DNA of 64,000 nt, from the NCBI GenBank assembly GCA_002269645.1, contig NIVC01000630.1, forward strand, positions 1 to 64,000, written 5' to 3'. How positions within the stretch are numbered: the stretch's first letter is position 1; every line of letters begins with the position of its first letter. The position numbers and the translations under genes are program-made. Below are positions 1 through 11,900 of this stretch, in pieces. This stretch comes from Macrostomum lignano (Eukaryota). Under the pieces are notes generated by a model that saw only the letters and a list, made by a program, of their open reading frames with translations, was not told the origin of the DNA and made no database searches.

Positions 1-1137
1 CTTCATTAACTTCCAAATCATTGACACGAACGATTTCGTAGTGTTGACTACCAGGATTAAACAACAATCGAATATTTAGTCCAAACGTTCTCCAATATTC
101 GGTCGGGAATAATGGCCAGCCGCGCTAGATTAAGCATGTTTGACTGATAATAAACACTTCTAGCCGCAACAGTTCACCAATTAGTTCTGGAACTCCGCAT
201 GGCACGTACATACGGGGACGCCTTGTATCGTCGGCGCAACTTTCCCAATTCAGTCCTGTTTTGCATAATTCTTTCCTGATTATTGACATCGCGATGCACC
301 CATTGCTCGAATTCTCCAGCAACCGCATCTCGAAAATCTTCTACGCTTAGCCGATTTGATAGGCGGAAAAACTGGCAGTTCTTGTAATTGTCTCAATATG
401 GCCGTGAAAAAACAGTTGCCGTCACCTCGTACATTCTCAACGCGACACGAAGAAAAAGGAACCCATACAGGTTGCGACTTGTACAGCAGCAGTTACATGA
501 CCTTCGGCAAATCCATTGCAGAAGCACCTGCTTTCATCTGTAAAGATACAACTCTTAAACAGTGAGTGTATGATATTTTAAGGATGAGCATTAATTGTAT
601 TTTGACGCACAAGTCGTAAACACTAAAATCTAATTTTCAATATTCGCAAGCAAAGTCAGATGTAAGAAAGAAAATTAACTTGTACTATGCATAGAAATTC
701 AATAAAAAATAAAACTCTCACCAGCACTCAAGTAGCCTATTAAGTTGCTCATTGTAAGCAGCACCAGAAATTGGGGCACTTCAGCATCACCTTCGACACG
801 GGGTATTCGAAGCAGCCAGAGCGGTGCCAGAGCAGCATCATGTTCAGCTAGCGGGGCAGCCAGACCAGCCTCGTCCAGCTTAATCACAGACTCAGTTTTA
901 GCAGCAGCATCAGCAGAAGCACCAGCTTTAGTCCCAGCAGCGGCAATAGAAGAGGCAGCAGCAGCTTCCGGTTGTACATTGGCTCTTGAATCTGTTCTTT
1001 CGCCAGCAGTTAAATCACCGACAGCAGCAACTTTAATATTATTCTTGGGCGGCTCCAGTTTTTCTTCTTCGGCCGTCCGCACTTTTCGCACCTGTTTAAA
1101 GTCACAGCCTAAAAAGAAAATTTATAAATCTACCTAT

Positions 1138-1157
1138 ATATATATATATATATATAT
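1138..1157. repeat. (TA)n microsatellite
   Basis: Direct observation. Confidence 0.9.
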
Positions 1158-1372
1158 GTCTGTCCATCTATTCGCTCTAGAGCGTGCCATTCTTTGATCA
1201 ATTTTGATAGCGTTTTTCTAAACTATTGCAGATTTTGCCACTGATTATAACAGTGGTCAAAATTTCTTAATCTGCTCAAATTCTAAGGGTGTTAAACATT
1301 CGAAAATAGAGTTTCTATAATTATTTATGATCTGTCAAACAAGGTCAGATTCCAATTGAATTTATCCTTTGT

Positions 1373-1565
1373 CAAAACTATTCAGTCGAAACTACTCATT
1401 TCGAAACTATGAGTTTCACACTATTCAGTCAAAACTACTCAGTCAAGATTTATTAAGTCTAAAACTATTCAGTTTGTAACTATTTTCAGTTGAAATTATT
1501 CTGTCTGTCAAAACTATTCAGGCGAAACTATTCAATCTAAACTATTGAGTGTAACTATTTGATTT
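1373..1565. repeat. Degenerate ~15-bp minisatellite (aaactattcagtc-like)
   Basis: Recurrent aaactat(t/g)cagt motifs with variable spacing. Confidence 0.6.
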
Positions 1566-2049
1566 GAGCTGCTGTCAGTTAAGAGTTTGAAAATTCACAT
1601 TTTTAGACAATCTGAAAAACACTTTTTTACAGAATTACCTGTGAACTATTCAGTGTGAGTTATAGTTGTGAACAATTGAGATTTATTGTTTGCGTAAATA
1701 AATTTGTGTGTAGTGCAGAACTTTTTAGTTTGTCTGTGCCCAAAATGGGCAGCCAAGAATGCTAGTAAAAGCTGTGTTTCCTAAGGTGTGAATATTAATA
1801 ATAAAGGTTAGGATTGCTTTGAAACTATTCCTGAAAGTAGCACCTATCACCTGCCAAGTTGCAACAAATGTACAAAAACTTACTATTGGCAGCAACAGAA
1901 GAAGCACTTGTATCCTTGTTAATGCTAGTGTTGTCCTTGAATGCGTTTTTGTCGTTGCCCATCCTGTCTAAATAAACATGTTAGTAAATATTTCAGAATG
2001 ATAAAAGAAATAATTTTAGCTAAACACAGAAAACATGCTACTCTTTACC

Positions 2050-2455
2050 AAGTTAACTCAACTCTTTTTCTGGCAAATTTAGTTAAACTACGAACACTAG
2101 CACTGCTAACTGGATTGTGATTAATATGCTGCAGCATAATATACTGGCCATATAGGCGGTGTGTGCCATGTAGTTTTTGTGCTTTCAACATTTTTTCTTG
2201 GATTTAGTGCATATTTTCTAGAGTTTTTCAGGCATATTCCATGTTTTTGCTACATGCTCTAGGAATTCTATATCAGCAAAAAAACATCCCTTGCGTAAAA
2301 ATTCACCATAAACTAAGTGTCTAGCACTTTCAAGCATTGCTTGATTTATAAGGAGCATTGGCATGTATATATTGTCTAGCAAAATTGCTAAATTATAATA
2401 AATTGAGCAGAATTTATAAAAAGTGTCCACAAACTTCTACCATTAAGCAGAGTAC
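2050..2455 (-). pseudogene. Possible further upstream exon of the OTU gene (partial second copy at ~5537-5775)
   Basis: Coding-like peptide LINQAMLESARHLVYGEFLRKGCFFADIEFLE...WNMPEK. Minus-strand GTAAGT donors at ~2500 and ~2775. Frame continuity is broken by single-base indels that differ between the two copies. Confidence 0.3.
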
Positions 2456-3482
2456 TACAGATATTTGTACTATGCTAACATATGAAGAAATAAAAAGAAT
2501 ACTTACTTCAAACTAAAGTCTTAAGTCAAAATTATGCAAACAAAAGGAAAATTCAAGTTAAATTGACTGATAACTACAAAATAAAATGTAAAGGATGAGT
2601 ACTTTTAAAAGATATATGTAAATATGACTATAATTTATAAAAAATATGGAGCAAAAAGCAAAGCAGAGAAAAAAAAACGTAAATATTTGGCAGAATACAA
2701 TTAATTAGCTATAAAATAATATTAAAGTACTATACTTCAGTTATATTTCAAATAAAATTTGAAGCTTACACTTACAGTGTAAAACTGATAACAATTGAAT
2801 ATATTACAATTAAAACTTGTACTTGTAGAATATAATATATTGTACAATAATTATATATAATGTAGTAGGATACGAATAATAGCGTAAACAAAACGAATAT
2901 TATAGCTACAGATTGAAGCTTGAAAATATTTTCAGATTTAGATAGCGTTTGCTTAGATAAGTTGCTTTGGAAAATTTGGGGTCAAATTTGTCCTACAGCA
3001 ATAAACTACTGTTAACATAACCGATTTAAATTTAAATTTTGTTAGAAATTATAAGGAACAGAACGACTGAAATGTACAGTTTAATTATTTCAAAATTAAA
3101 TAATTTCGAATTCTATTTTACCTTATTGCTTTCTTCAATTAAATTTTGTTATACAATCTTATAAAATGCCTATTTTCAAAATATACCTCAAAAAGTAAGT
3201 TCAACAGCTTTAAAAATGCGCACGTTTTTACACTTCACGGCTCCAAAAAGTCACCATAGAAGATTTTTGCAGGACGCAAGACTTTTTACGTTACAAAATA
3301 GCACTTTTTATGTGCATTTTTTATTCAGTTTCAAAAGGCTTTTTAGTTACCTATTTGGTATTTTTTTGTTTTAAAGATTTTTGCGAAATCAGGTCATTTT
3401 AACTTGTTACGAAACTGTGGACCCACACTTTTACGCAACGCAATGCGCATGATGTCATCTTAAAGCACTTGCTAAATGCTAT

Positions 3483-4500
3483 TTATTGACACTACACTGA
3501 AGGCCTGTGCGTAGGATAGTTAATAAATGGCAGCGTGAAATATAGCAAAAAAACGCATAGTACCGGAACTCGTAATTCGGTAAATGTTAATAGCGTCAAA
3601 ATACGAATTTTCGCACACTAACGAAGATGGCAGTCATCTGTACGTGTTTACTGGCCACAATAGTGCTCTTGAAGCTAAGAACCTCATAGCGAAAATTAAT
3701 ATTATTTTCCGCCCTATGTAGTGCTCAAATGGGTTGTTTTGCACAAAATCACGTTTTCGATTTTGAGAGTCAATTAAAAATTTTTTTGCAACTGACAGAC
3801 GTGAATGTCACTTTTTCTGAGAGTATTCATCTAGATGTTTCTAATAAGTACTAATATGGGTCATTCTTATGCTTCACTATCCTTAGTATAGGCTACAAAG
3901 TCATTATTTCATTTCCAGCAAGTCACGTGACCTGGCCTGAGGTGTACAACGCATCGTGCAATGCCAGCGAACATACACTCAAATTAAAGCACTTTTTAAA
4001 TGCTAACTATTGACACCACACTGAAGGCCTGGCGTAGCATCGTTAATAAATGGCAGCGTGAAATATAGCAAAAAAACGCTAACACCGGAACCTCGTAATT
4101 CGGTAAATGTTATTAGCGTAAAAATACGAATTTTCGCACACTAACGAAGATAGCAGTCATCTGTACGTGTTTACTGGGCACAATAGTGCTCTTGGAAGCT
4201 AAGAACCTCATAGCGAAAATCAATAAATTTTTCACCCTATGTGTGCTCATATAGGTTGTTTTTGCACAAAATCACGTTTTCGATTTTAAAGTCAATTATA
4301 ACAAAATTTTGCAACTGACAGACGTGAATATCATTTTTTCTGACAGTAGTCATCTAGGTGTTCTAATAAGTACAAATTTTGGTTCATTCTTACGCTTCAC
4401 CTATCCTTAGTATAGGTACAAAGTCATTATTTCATTTCCAGCAAGTCACGTGACTGACCTGAGGTGTACAACGCATCGTGCAATGACAGCGAACATACAT
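3483..4500. repeat. Internal ~525-bp direct repeat x2 within the 3.3-kb unit (also at 6796-7830)
   Basis: tattgacac(t/c)acactgaaggcct at 3483 and 4008, and at 6796 and 7322. The sub-copies differ by substitutions that are shared between the two large copies. Confidence 0.88.
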
Positions 4501-5063
4501 TTCAAATTAAAGTACATCTAAAATGTAGTTCAATGACACAAGCGCGTCGCGCTCCGGTAATCCGCTCAAAAGTTACAGCTAAAAAGTATGTTCGATATGC
4601 AAGCCCCCCGTACCGTCGTTAAAGTACATTTCTGTACCGGCAGCGACTTCAATAACTAAGACGAAATTTCAAAATATACATATTGTGCGCAATTTAGTTG
4701 TGCACCTTGCCTAAAAAGTCTGATTTTCCTAGCATGTCGTCGTTTCTTATTTTTTGTACATTTGTATCATGAAAAATACATAAAAATAGCCTAAATCACG
4801 TTTATCGACTTTAGCAGTGTATGGCTCAGAGTCAGTGCAACGAAACGGCTCAAAATGTATTATAAACATGTAGATCTTACCTAAATTGACCGCATTCATG
4901 TACTTTTTAGAGTCTCGCAACAAGGTTGAATTTCCTTTATTTCGGTTCGAATACCTACCCGTCGAATATTCGAATGTAATTAACAGGTGCGAATGTACAG
5001 TTAAAGTGAGTATCTTGGTTAAAGTCGTGCGTCATGTAAGAGTCCCAGGTGCCATTGTTAGAA

Positions 5064-5110
5064 TGACGCAGCTCAAAGTCGCGCTGACGCGCGACCTTTG
5101 AGCTGCGTCA
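5064..5110. other. GC-rich ~22-bp-stem hairpin (second copy 8389-8434)
   Basis: Consensus of both copies: tgacgcagctcaaaggtcgcgc-tgac-gcgcgacctttgagctgcgtca, a perfect inverted repeat. Confidence 0.85.
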
Positions 5111-5326
5111 GTTGAAAGTTGATAAAAATGCGCATTTTTTGACACTTAAAAAACACACTTTTACAGAATTACCTATCAAGGTAAGCATTTAGCGGAAAAT
5201 AACCAATCAGTGTCTGAAGGTCTGAAAATTCGCCAAAAGTTGGGTTCAATCAATTTTTGACTCCATTGTGAATCCTTATTTTTTGAGATTCAAGATTTGG
5301 ACGGGTCTAAAAAAAGTCACTTTTTT

Positions 5327-5361
5327 GTTGCCATGGCAACCAAGACGCGTTGCTATGGAAC
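5327..5361. promoter_or_regulatory. Tandem RFX X-box-like motifs (second copy 8652-8686)
   Basis: Perfect palindrome GTTGCCATGGCAAC at 5327-5340, followed by GTTGCTATGGAAC at 5349-5361. Matches the X-box consensus GTNRCC-N(0-3)-RGYAAC. Function not shown. Confidence 0.45.
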
Positions 5362-8300
5362 TTTCACGTCACACATCTTGTTAGCCCTAAATGTTTTACG
5401 TCCATAGAGGGGTACACATGGTTTCATCTCAAGTGGTTTTAACTCTGCATCAATTTTATTTTCTAAAACGTTGATTTTACGTTTGGGGAGTCTCCGGACA
5501 TCTTATCTCGGTCTCGTTTGTTAGAAAAAAAATTTTCTAGAGTTTTTTCAGGCATATTCCATGTTTTTGTACATGCTTCTAGGAATTCTATATCAGCAAA
5601 AAAACATCCCTTGGTAAAAATTCACCATAAACTAAGTGTCTAGCACTTTTCAAGCATTGCTTGATATAAGGAGCATTGGCATGTATATATTGTCTAGCAA
5701 AAATGCTTAAATTTATAAAAATGAGCAGAATTTTATAAAAGTGTCCACAAACTTCTACCATTAAGCAGAGAGTACTACAGATATTTGTACTATGCTAAAC
5801 ATATGAAGAAATAAAAGAATACTTACTTCAAAACTAAAGTCTTAAGTCAAAATTATGCAAACAAAAGGAAAATTCAAGTTAAATTTGACTGATAACTACA
5901 AAATAAAATGTGAAAGGATGAGTACTTTTAAAAGATATATGTATAATATGACTATAATTTATAAAAATATGGAGCAAAAAGCAAAGCAGAGAAAAAAACG
6001 TAAATATTTGGCAGAATACAATTAATTAGCTATAAAATAATATTAAAGTACTATACTTCAGTTATATTTCAAATAAAATTTGAAGCTTACACTTACAGTG
6101 TAAAACTGATAACAATTGAATATATTACAATTAAAACTTGTACTTGTAGAATATAATTATTGTACAATAATTATATATAATGTAGTAGGATACGAATAAA
6201 TAGCTAACAAAACCGAATATTATAGCTACAGATTGAAGCTTGAAAATATTTCAGATTTAGATAGCGTTTGCTTAGATAAGTTGCTTTGAAAATTTGGGGT
6301 CAAATTTGTCCTACAGCAATAAACTACTGTTAACATAACCGATTTAAATTTAAATTTTGTAGAAATTATAAGGAACAGAACGATGAAATGTACAGTTTAG
6401 TTTAATTATTTCAAAATTAAATAATTTCGAATTCTATTTTACCTTATTGCTTTCTTCAATTAAATTTTGTTATACAATTTATAAAATGCCTATTTTCAAA
6501 ATATACCTAAAAAGTAAGTTCAACAGCTTAAAAATGCGCACGTTTTTTACACTTCACGGCTCCAAAAAGTCACCATAGAAGATTTTTGCAGGACGCAAGA
6601 CTTTTTACGTTACAAAATAACTTTTATGTGCATTTTTTATTCAGTTTCAAAAGGCTTTTTAGTTACCTATTTGGTATTTTTGTTTTAAAGATTTTGCGAA
6701 ATCAGGTCATTTTAACTTGTTACGAAACTGTGACCCACACTTTTACGCAACGCAATGCGCATGATGTCATCTTAAAGCACTTGCTAAATGCTATTTATTG
6801 ACACTACACTGAAGGCCTGGCGTAGGATAGTTAATAAATGGCAGCGTGAAATATAGCAAAAAAACGCATAGTACCGGAACCTCGTAATTCGGTAAAATGT
6901 TAATAGCGTCAAAATACGAATTTTCGCACACTAACGAAGATGGCAGTCATCTGTACGTGTTTACTGGGCACAATAGTGCTCTTGAAGCTAAGAACCTCAT
7001 AGCGAAAATTAATATATTTTCCGCCCTATGTAGTGCTCAAATGGGTTGTTTTTGCACAAAATCACGTTTTTCGATTTGAGAGTCAATTAAAAATTTTTTT
7101 TGCAACTGACAGACGTGAATGTCACTTTTTCTGAGAGTATTCATCTAGATGTTTCTAATAAGTACTAATATGGGTCATTCTTATGCTTCACCTATCCTTA
7201 GTATAGGTACAAAGTCATTATTTCATTTCCAGCAAGTCACGTGACCTGGCCTGAGGTGTACAACGCATCGTGCAATGCCAGCGAACATACACTCAAATTA
7301 AAGCACTTTTTAAATGCTAACTATTGACACCACACTGAAGGCCTGGCGTAGCATCGTTAATAAATGGCAGCGTGAAATATAGCCAAAAAAACGCATAACA
7401 CCGGAACCTCGTAATTCGGTAAATGTTATTAGCGTAAAAATACGAATTTTCGCACACTAACGAAGATAGCAGTCATCTGTACGTGTTTACTGGGCACAAT
7501 AGTGCTCTTGGAAGCTAAGAACCTCATAGCGAAAATCAATAAATTTTTCACCCTATGTGTGCTCATATAGGTTGTTTTTGCACAAAATCACGTTTTTCGA
7601 TTTTAAAAGTCAATTATAACAAAATTTTGCAACTGACAGACGTGAATATCATTTTTTCTGACAGTAGTCATCTAGGTGTTTTCTAATAAGTACAAATTTT
7701 GGTTCATTCTTACGCTTCACCTATCCTTAGTATAGGTACAAAGTCATTATTCATTTCCAGCAAGTCACGTGACCTGACCTGAGGTGTACAACGACCATCG
7801 TGCAATGACAGCGAACATACATTCAAATTAAAGTACATCTAAAATGTAGTTCAATGACACCAAGCGCTCGCGCTCCGCCGTAATCCGCTCAAAAGTTACA
7901 GGCTAAAAAGTATGTTCGATATGCAAGCCCCCGTACCGTCGTTAAAGTACATTTCTGTACCGGCAGCGACTTCAATAAACTAAGACGAAATTTCAAAATA
8001 TACATATTGTGCGCAATTTAGTTGTGCACCTTGCCTAAAAAGTCTGATTTTCCTAGCATGTCGTCGTTTCTTTTTATTTTTGTACATTTGTATCATGAAA
8101 AATACATAAAAATAGCCTAAATCACGTTTTATCGACTTTAGCAGTGTATGGCTCAGAGCAGTGCAACGAAACGGCTCAAAATGTATTATAAAATGTAGAT
8201 CTTACCTAAATGACCGCATTCATGTACTTTTTAGAGTCTCGCAAACAAGGTTGAATTTCCTTTATTTCGGTTCGAATACCTACCCGTCGAATATTCGAAT

Positions 8301-8843
8301 GTAATTAACAGGTGCGAATGTACAGTTAAAGTGAGTATCTTGGTTAAAGTCGTGCGTCATGTAAGAGTCCCAGGTGCCATTGTTAGAATGACGCAGCTAA
8401 GGTCGCGCTGACGCGCGACCTTTGAGCTGCGTCAGTTGAAAGTTGATAAAAATGCGCATTTTTGACACTTAAAAAACACACTTTTACAGAATTACCTATC
8501 AAGGTAAGCATTTAGCGGAAAATAACCAATCAGTGTCTTGAAGGTCTGAAAATCGCCAAAAGTTGGGTTCAATCAATTTTTGACTCCATATTGTGAATCC
8601 TTATTTTTTGAGATTCAAGATTTGGACGGGTCTAAAAAAAGTCACTTTTTTGTTGCCATGGCAACCAAGACGCGTTGCTATGGAACTTTCACGTCACACA
8701 TCTTGTAGCCCTAAATGTTTTACGTCCATAGAGGGGTCACACATGGTTTCATCTCAAGTGGTTTTAACTCTGCATCAATTTTATTTTCTAAAACGTTGAT
8801 TTTACGTTGGGGAGTCTCCGGACATCTTATCTCGGTCTCGTTT

Positions 8844-8916
8844 GTCCGAAAAAATTGCCAACGAGGAGCTACGCTCGCTTCGCTCGCTTCGCTCCTCGTT
8901 GGCAATTTTTCCGGAC
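8844..8916. other. 26-bp-stem hairpin with (CGCTCGCTT)n loop, followed 15 nt later by CTAG (8932-8935)
   Basis: gtccgaaaaaattgccaacgaggagc (8844-8869) pairs with gctcctcgttggcaatttttccggac (8891-8916) with one mismatch. Confidence 0.85.
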
Positions 8917-8928
8917 TGCACTTCGACC

Positions 8929-11900
8929 TAACTAGCCCTGTCGCTGTCAATATATAGAATTAAATGGAGAGCTTAGAAATGACACTCAATGGGGCTGATA
9001 TACACAGGTGCAAAGATGACGCAGAGCCCGCTACTCTCAGCATCTCTAACTAGCCCTGTCGCTGTCAATATATAGAATTAAATGGAGAGCTTAGAAATGA
9101 CACTCAATGGGGCTGATATACACAGGTGCAAAGATGACGCAGAGCCCGCTACTCTCAGCATCTCTAACTAGCCCTGTCGCTGTCAATATATAGAATTAAA
9201 TGGAGAGCTTAGAAATGACACTCAATGGGGCTGATATACACAGGTGCAAAGATGACGCAGAGCCCGCTACTCTCAGCATCTCTAACTAGCCCTGTCGCTG
9301 TCAATATATAGAATTAAATGGAGAGCTTAGAAATGACACTCAATGGGGCTGATATACACAGGTGCAAAGATGACGCAGAGCCCGCTACTCTCAGCATCTC
9401 TAACTAGCCCTGTCGCTGTCAATATATAGAATTAAATGGAGAGCTTAGAAATGACACTCAATGGGGCTGATATACACAGGTGCAAAGATGACGCAGAGCC
9501 CGCTACTCTCAGCATCTCTAACTAGCCCTGTCGCTGTCAATATATAGAATTAAATGGAGAGCTTAGAAATGACACTCAATGGGGCTGATATACACAGGTG
9601 CAAAGATGACGCAGAGCCCGCTACTCTCAGCATCTCTAACTAGCCCTGTCGCTGTCAATATATAGAATTAAATGGAGAGCTTAGAAATGACACTCAATGG
9701 GGCTGATATACACAGGTGCAAAGATGACGCAGAGCCCGCTACTCTCAGCATCTCTAACTAGCCCTGTCGCTGTCAATATATAGAATTAAATGGAGAGCTT
9801 AGAAATGACACTCAATGGGGCTGATATACACAGGTGCAAAGATGACGCAGAGCCCGCTACTCTCAGCATCTCTAACTAGCCCTGTCGCTGTCAATATATA
9901 GAATTAAATGGAGAGCTTAGAAATGACACTCAATGGGGCTGATATACACAGGTGCAAAGATGACGCAGAGCCCGCTACTCTCAGCATCTCTAACTAGCCC
10001 TGTCGCTGTCAATATATAGAATTAAATGGAGAGCTTAGAAATGACACTCAATGGGGCTGATATACACAGGTGCAAAGATGACGCAGAGCCCGCTACTCTC
10101 AGCATCTCTAACTAGCCCTGTCGCTGTCAATATATAGAATTAAATGGAGAGCTTAGAAATGACACTCAATGGGGCTGATATACACAGGTGCAAAGATGAC
10201 GCAGAGCCCGCTACTCTCAGCATCTCTAACTAGCCCTGTCGCTGTCAATATATAGAATTAAATGGAGAGCTTAGAAATGACACTCAATGGGGCTGATATA
10301 CACAGGTGCAAAGATGACGCAGAGCCCGCTACTCTCAGCATCTCTAACTAGCCCTGTCGCTGTCAATATATAGAATTAAATGGAGAGCTTAGAAATGACA
10401 CTCAATGGGGCTGATATACACAGGTGCAAAGATGACGCAGAGCCCGCTACTCTCAGCATCTCTAACTAGCCCTGTCGCTGTCAATATATAGAATTAAATG
10501 GAGAGCTTAGAAATGACACTCAATGGGGCTGATATACACAGGTGCAAAGATGACGCAGAGCCCGCTACTCTCAGCATCTCTAACTAGCCCTGTCGCTGTC
10601 AATATATAGAATTAAATGGAGAGCTTAGAAATGACACTCAATGGGGCTGATATACACAGGTGCAAAGATGACGCAGAGCCCGCTACTCTCAGCATCTCTA
10701 ACTAGCCCTGTCGCTGTCAATATATAGAATTAAATGGAGAGCTTAGAAATGACACTCAATGGGGCTGATATACACAGGTGCAAAGATGACGCAGAGCCCG
10801 CTACTCTCAGCATCTCTAACTAGCCCTGTCGCTGTCAATATATAGAATTAAATGGAGAGCTTAGAAATGACACTCAATGGGGCTGATATACACAGGTGCA
10901 AAGATGACGCAGAGCCCGCTACTCTCAGCATCTCTAACTAGCCCTGTCGCTGTCAATATATAGAATTAAATGGAGAGCTTAGAAATGACACTCAATGGGG
11001 CTGATATACACAGGTGCAAAGATGACGCAGAGCCCGCTACTCTCAGCATCTCTAACTAGCCCTGTCGCTGTCAATATATAGAATTAAATGGAGAGCTTAG
11101 AAATGACACTCAATGGGGCTGATATACACAGGTGCAAAGATGACGCAGAGCCCGCTACTCTCAGCATCTCTAACTAGCCCTGTCGCTGTCAATATATAGA
11201 ATTAAATGGAGAGCTTAGAAATGACACTCAATGGGGCTGATATACACAGGTGCAAAGATGACGCAGAGCCCGCTACTCTCAGCATCTCTAACTAGCCCTG
11301 TCGCTGTCAATATATAGAATTAAATGGAGAGCTTAGAAATGACACTCAATGGGGCTGATATACACAGGTGCAAAGATGACGCAGAGCCCGCTACTCTCAG
11401 CATCTCTAACTAGCCCTGTCGCTGTCAATATATAGAATTAAATGGAGAGCTTAGAAATGACACTCAATGGGGCTGATATACACAGGTGCAAAGATGACGC
11501 AGAGCCCGCTACTCTCAGCATCTCTAACTAGCCCTGTCGCTGTCAATATATAGAATTAAATGGAGAGCTTAGAAATGACACTCAATGGGGCTGATATACA
11601 CAGGTGCAAAGATGACGCAGAGCCCGCTACTCTCAGCATCTCTAACTAGCCCTGTCGCTGTCAATATATAGAATTAAATGGAGAGCTTAGAAATGACACT
11701 CAATGGGGCTGATATACACAGGTGCAAAGATGACGCAGAGCCCGCTACTCTCAGCATCTCTAACTAGCCCTGTCGCTGTCAATATATAGAATTAAATGGA
11801 GAGCTTAGAAATGACACTCAATGGGGCTGATATACACAGGTGCAAAGATGACGCAGAGCCCGCTACTCTCAGCATCTCTAACTAGCCCTGTCGCTGTCAA

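Larger units (their letters stand above)
1..1967 (-). pseudogene. Spliced OTU-domain (cysteine protease/deubiquitinase-like) gene, frameshifted as assembled; runs off the left edge
   Basis: Minus-strand translation gives the catalytic Cys motif VENVRGDGNCFFTAILRQL (~445-390), SVEDFRDAVAGEFEQW, VPELIGELLRLEVFIIS and the His motif IRLLFNPGSQHYEIV (~80-35). These lie in different frames with one in-frame stop. Candidate exons: 1884-~1967, 722-1091 (Ala-rich) and 1-537. The 722/537 junction is GT-AG and phase-consistent (YLSA-D-ESRC). Confidence 0.7.
2214..8843. repeat. Tandem duplication of a ~3.32-kb unit (2214-5535 and 5536-8843)
   Basis: Both copies begin ttctagagttttt(t)caggcatattcc and end ggagtctccggacatcttatctcggtctcgtttg. 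They differ mainly by 1-2-nt indels in homopolymers. Confidence 0.92.
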
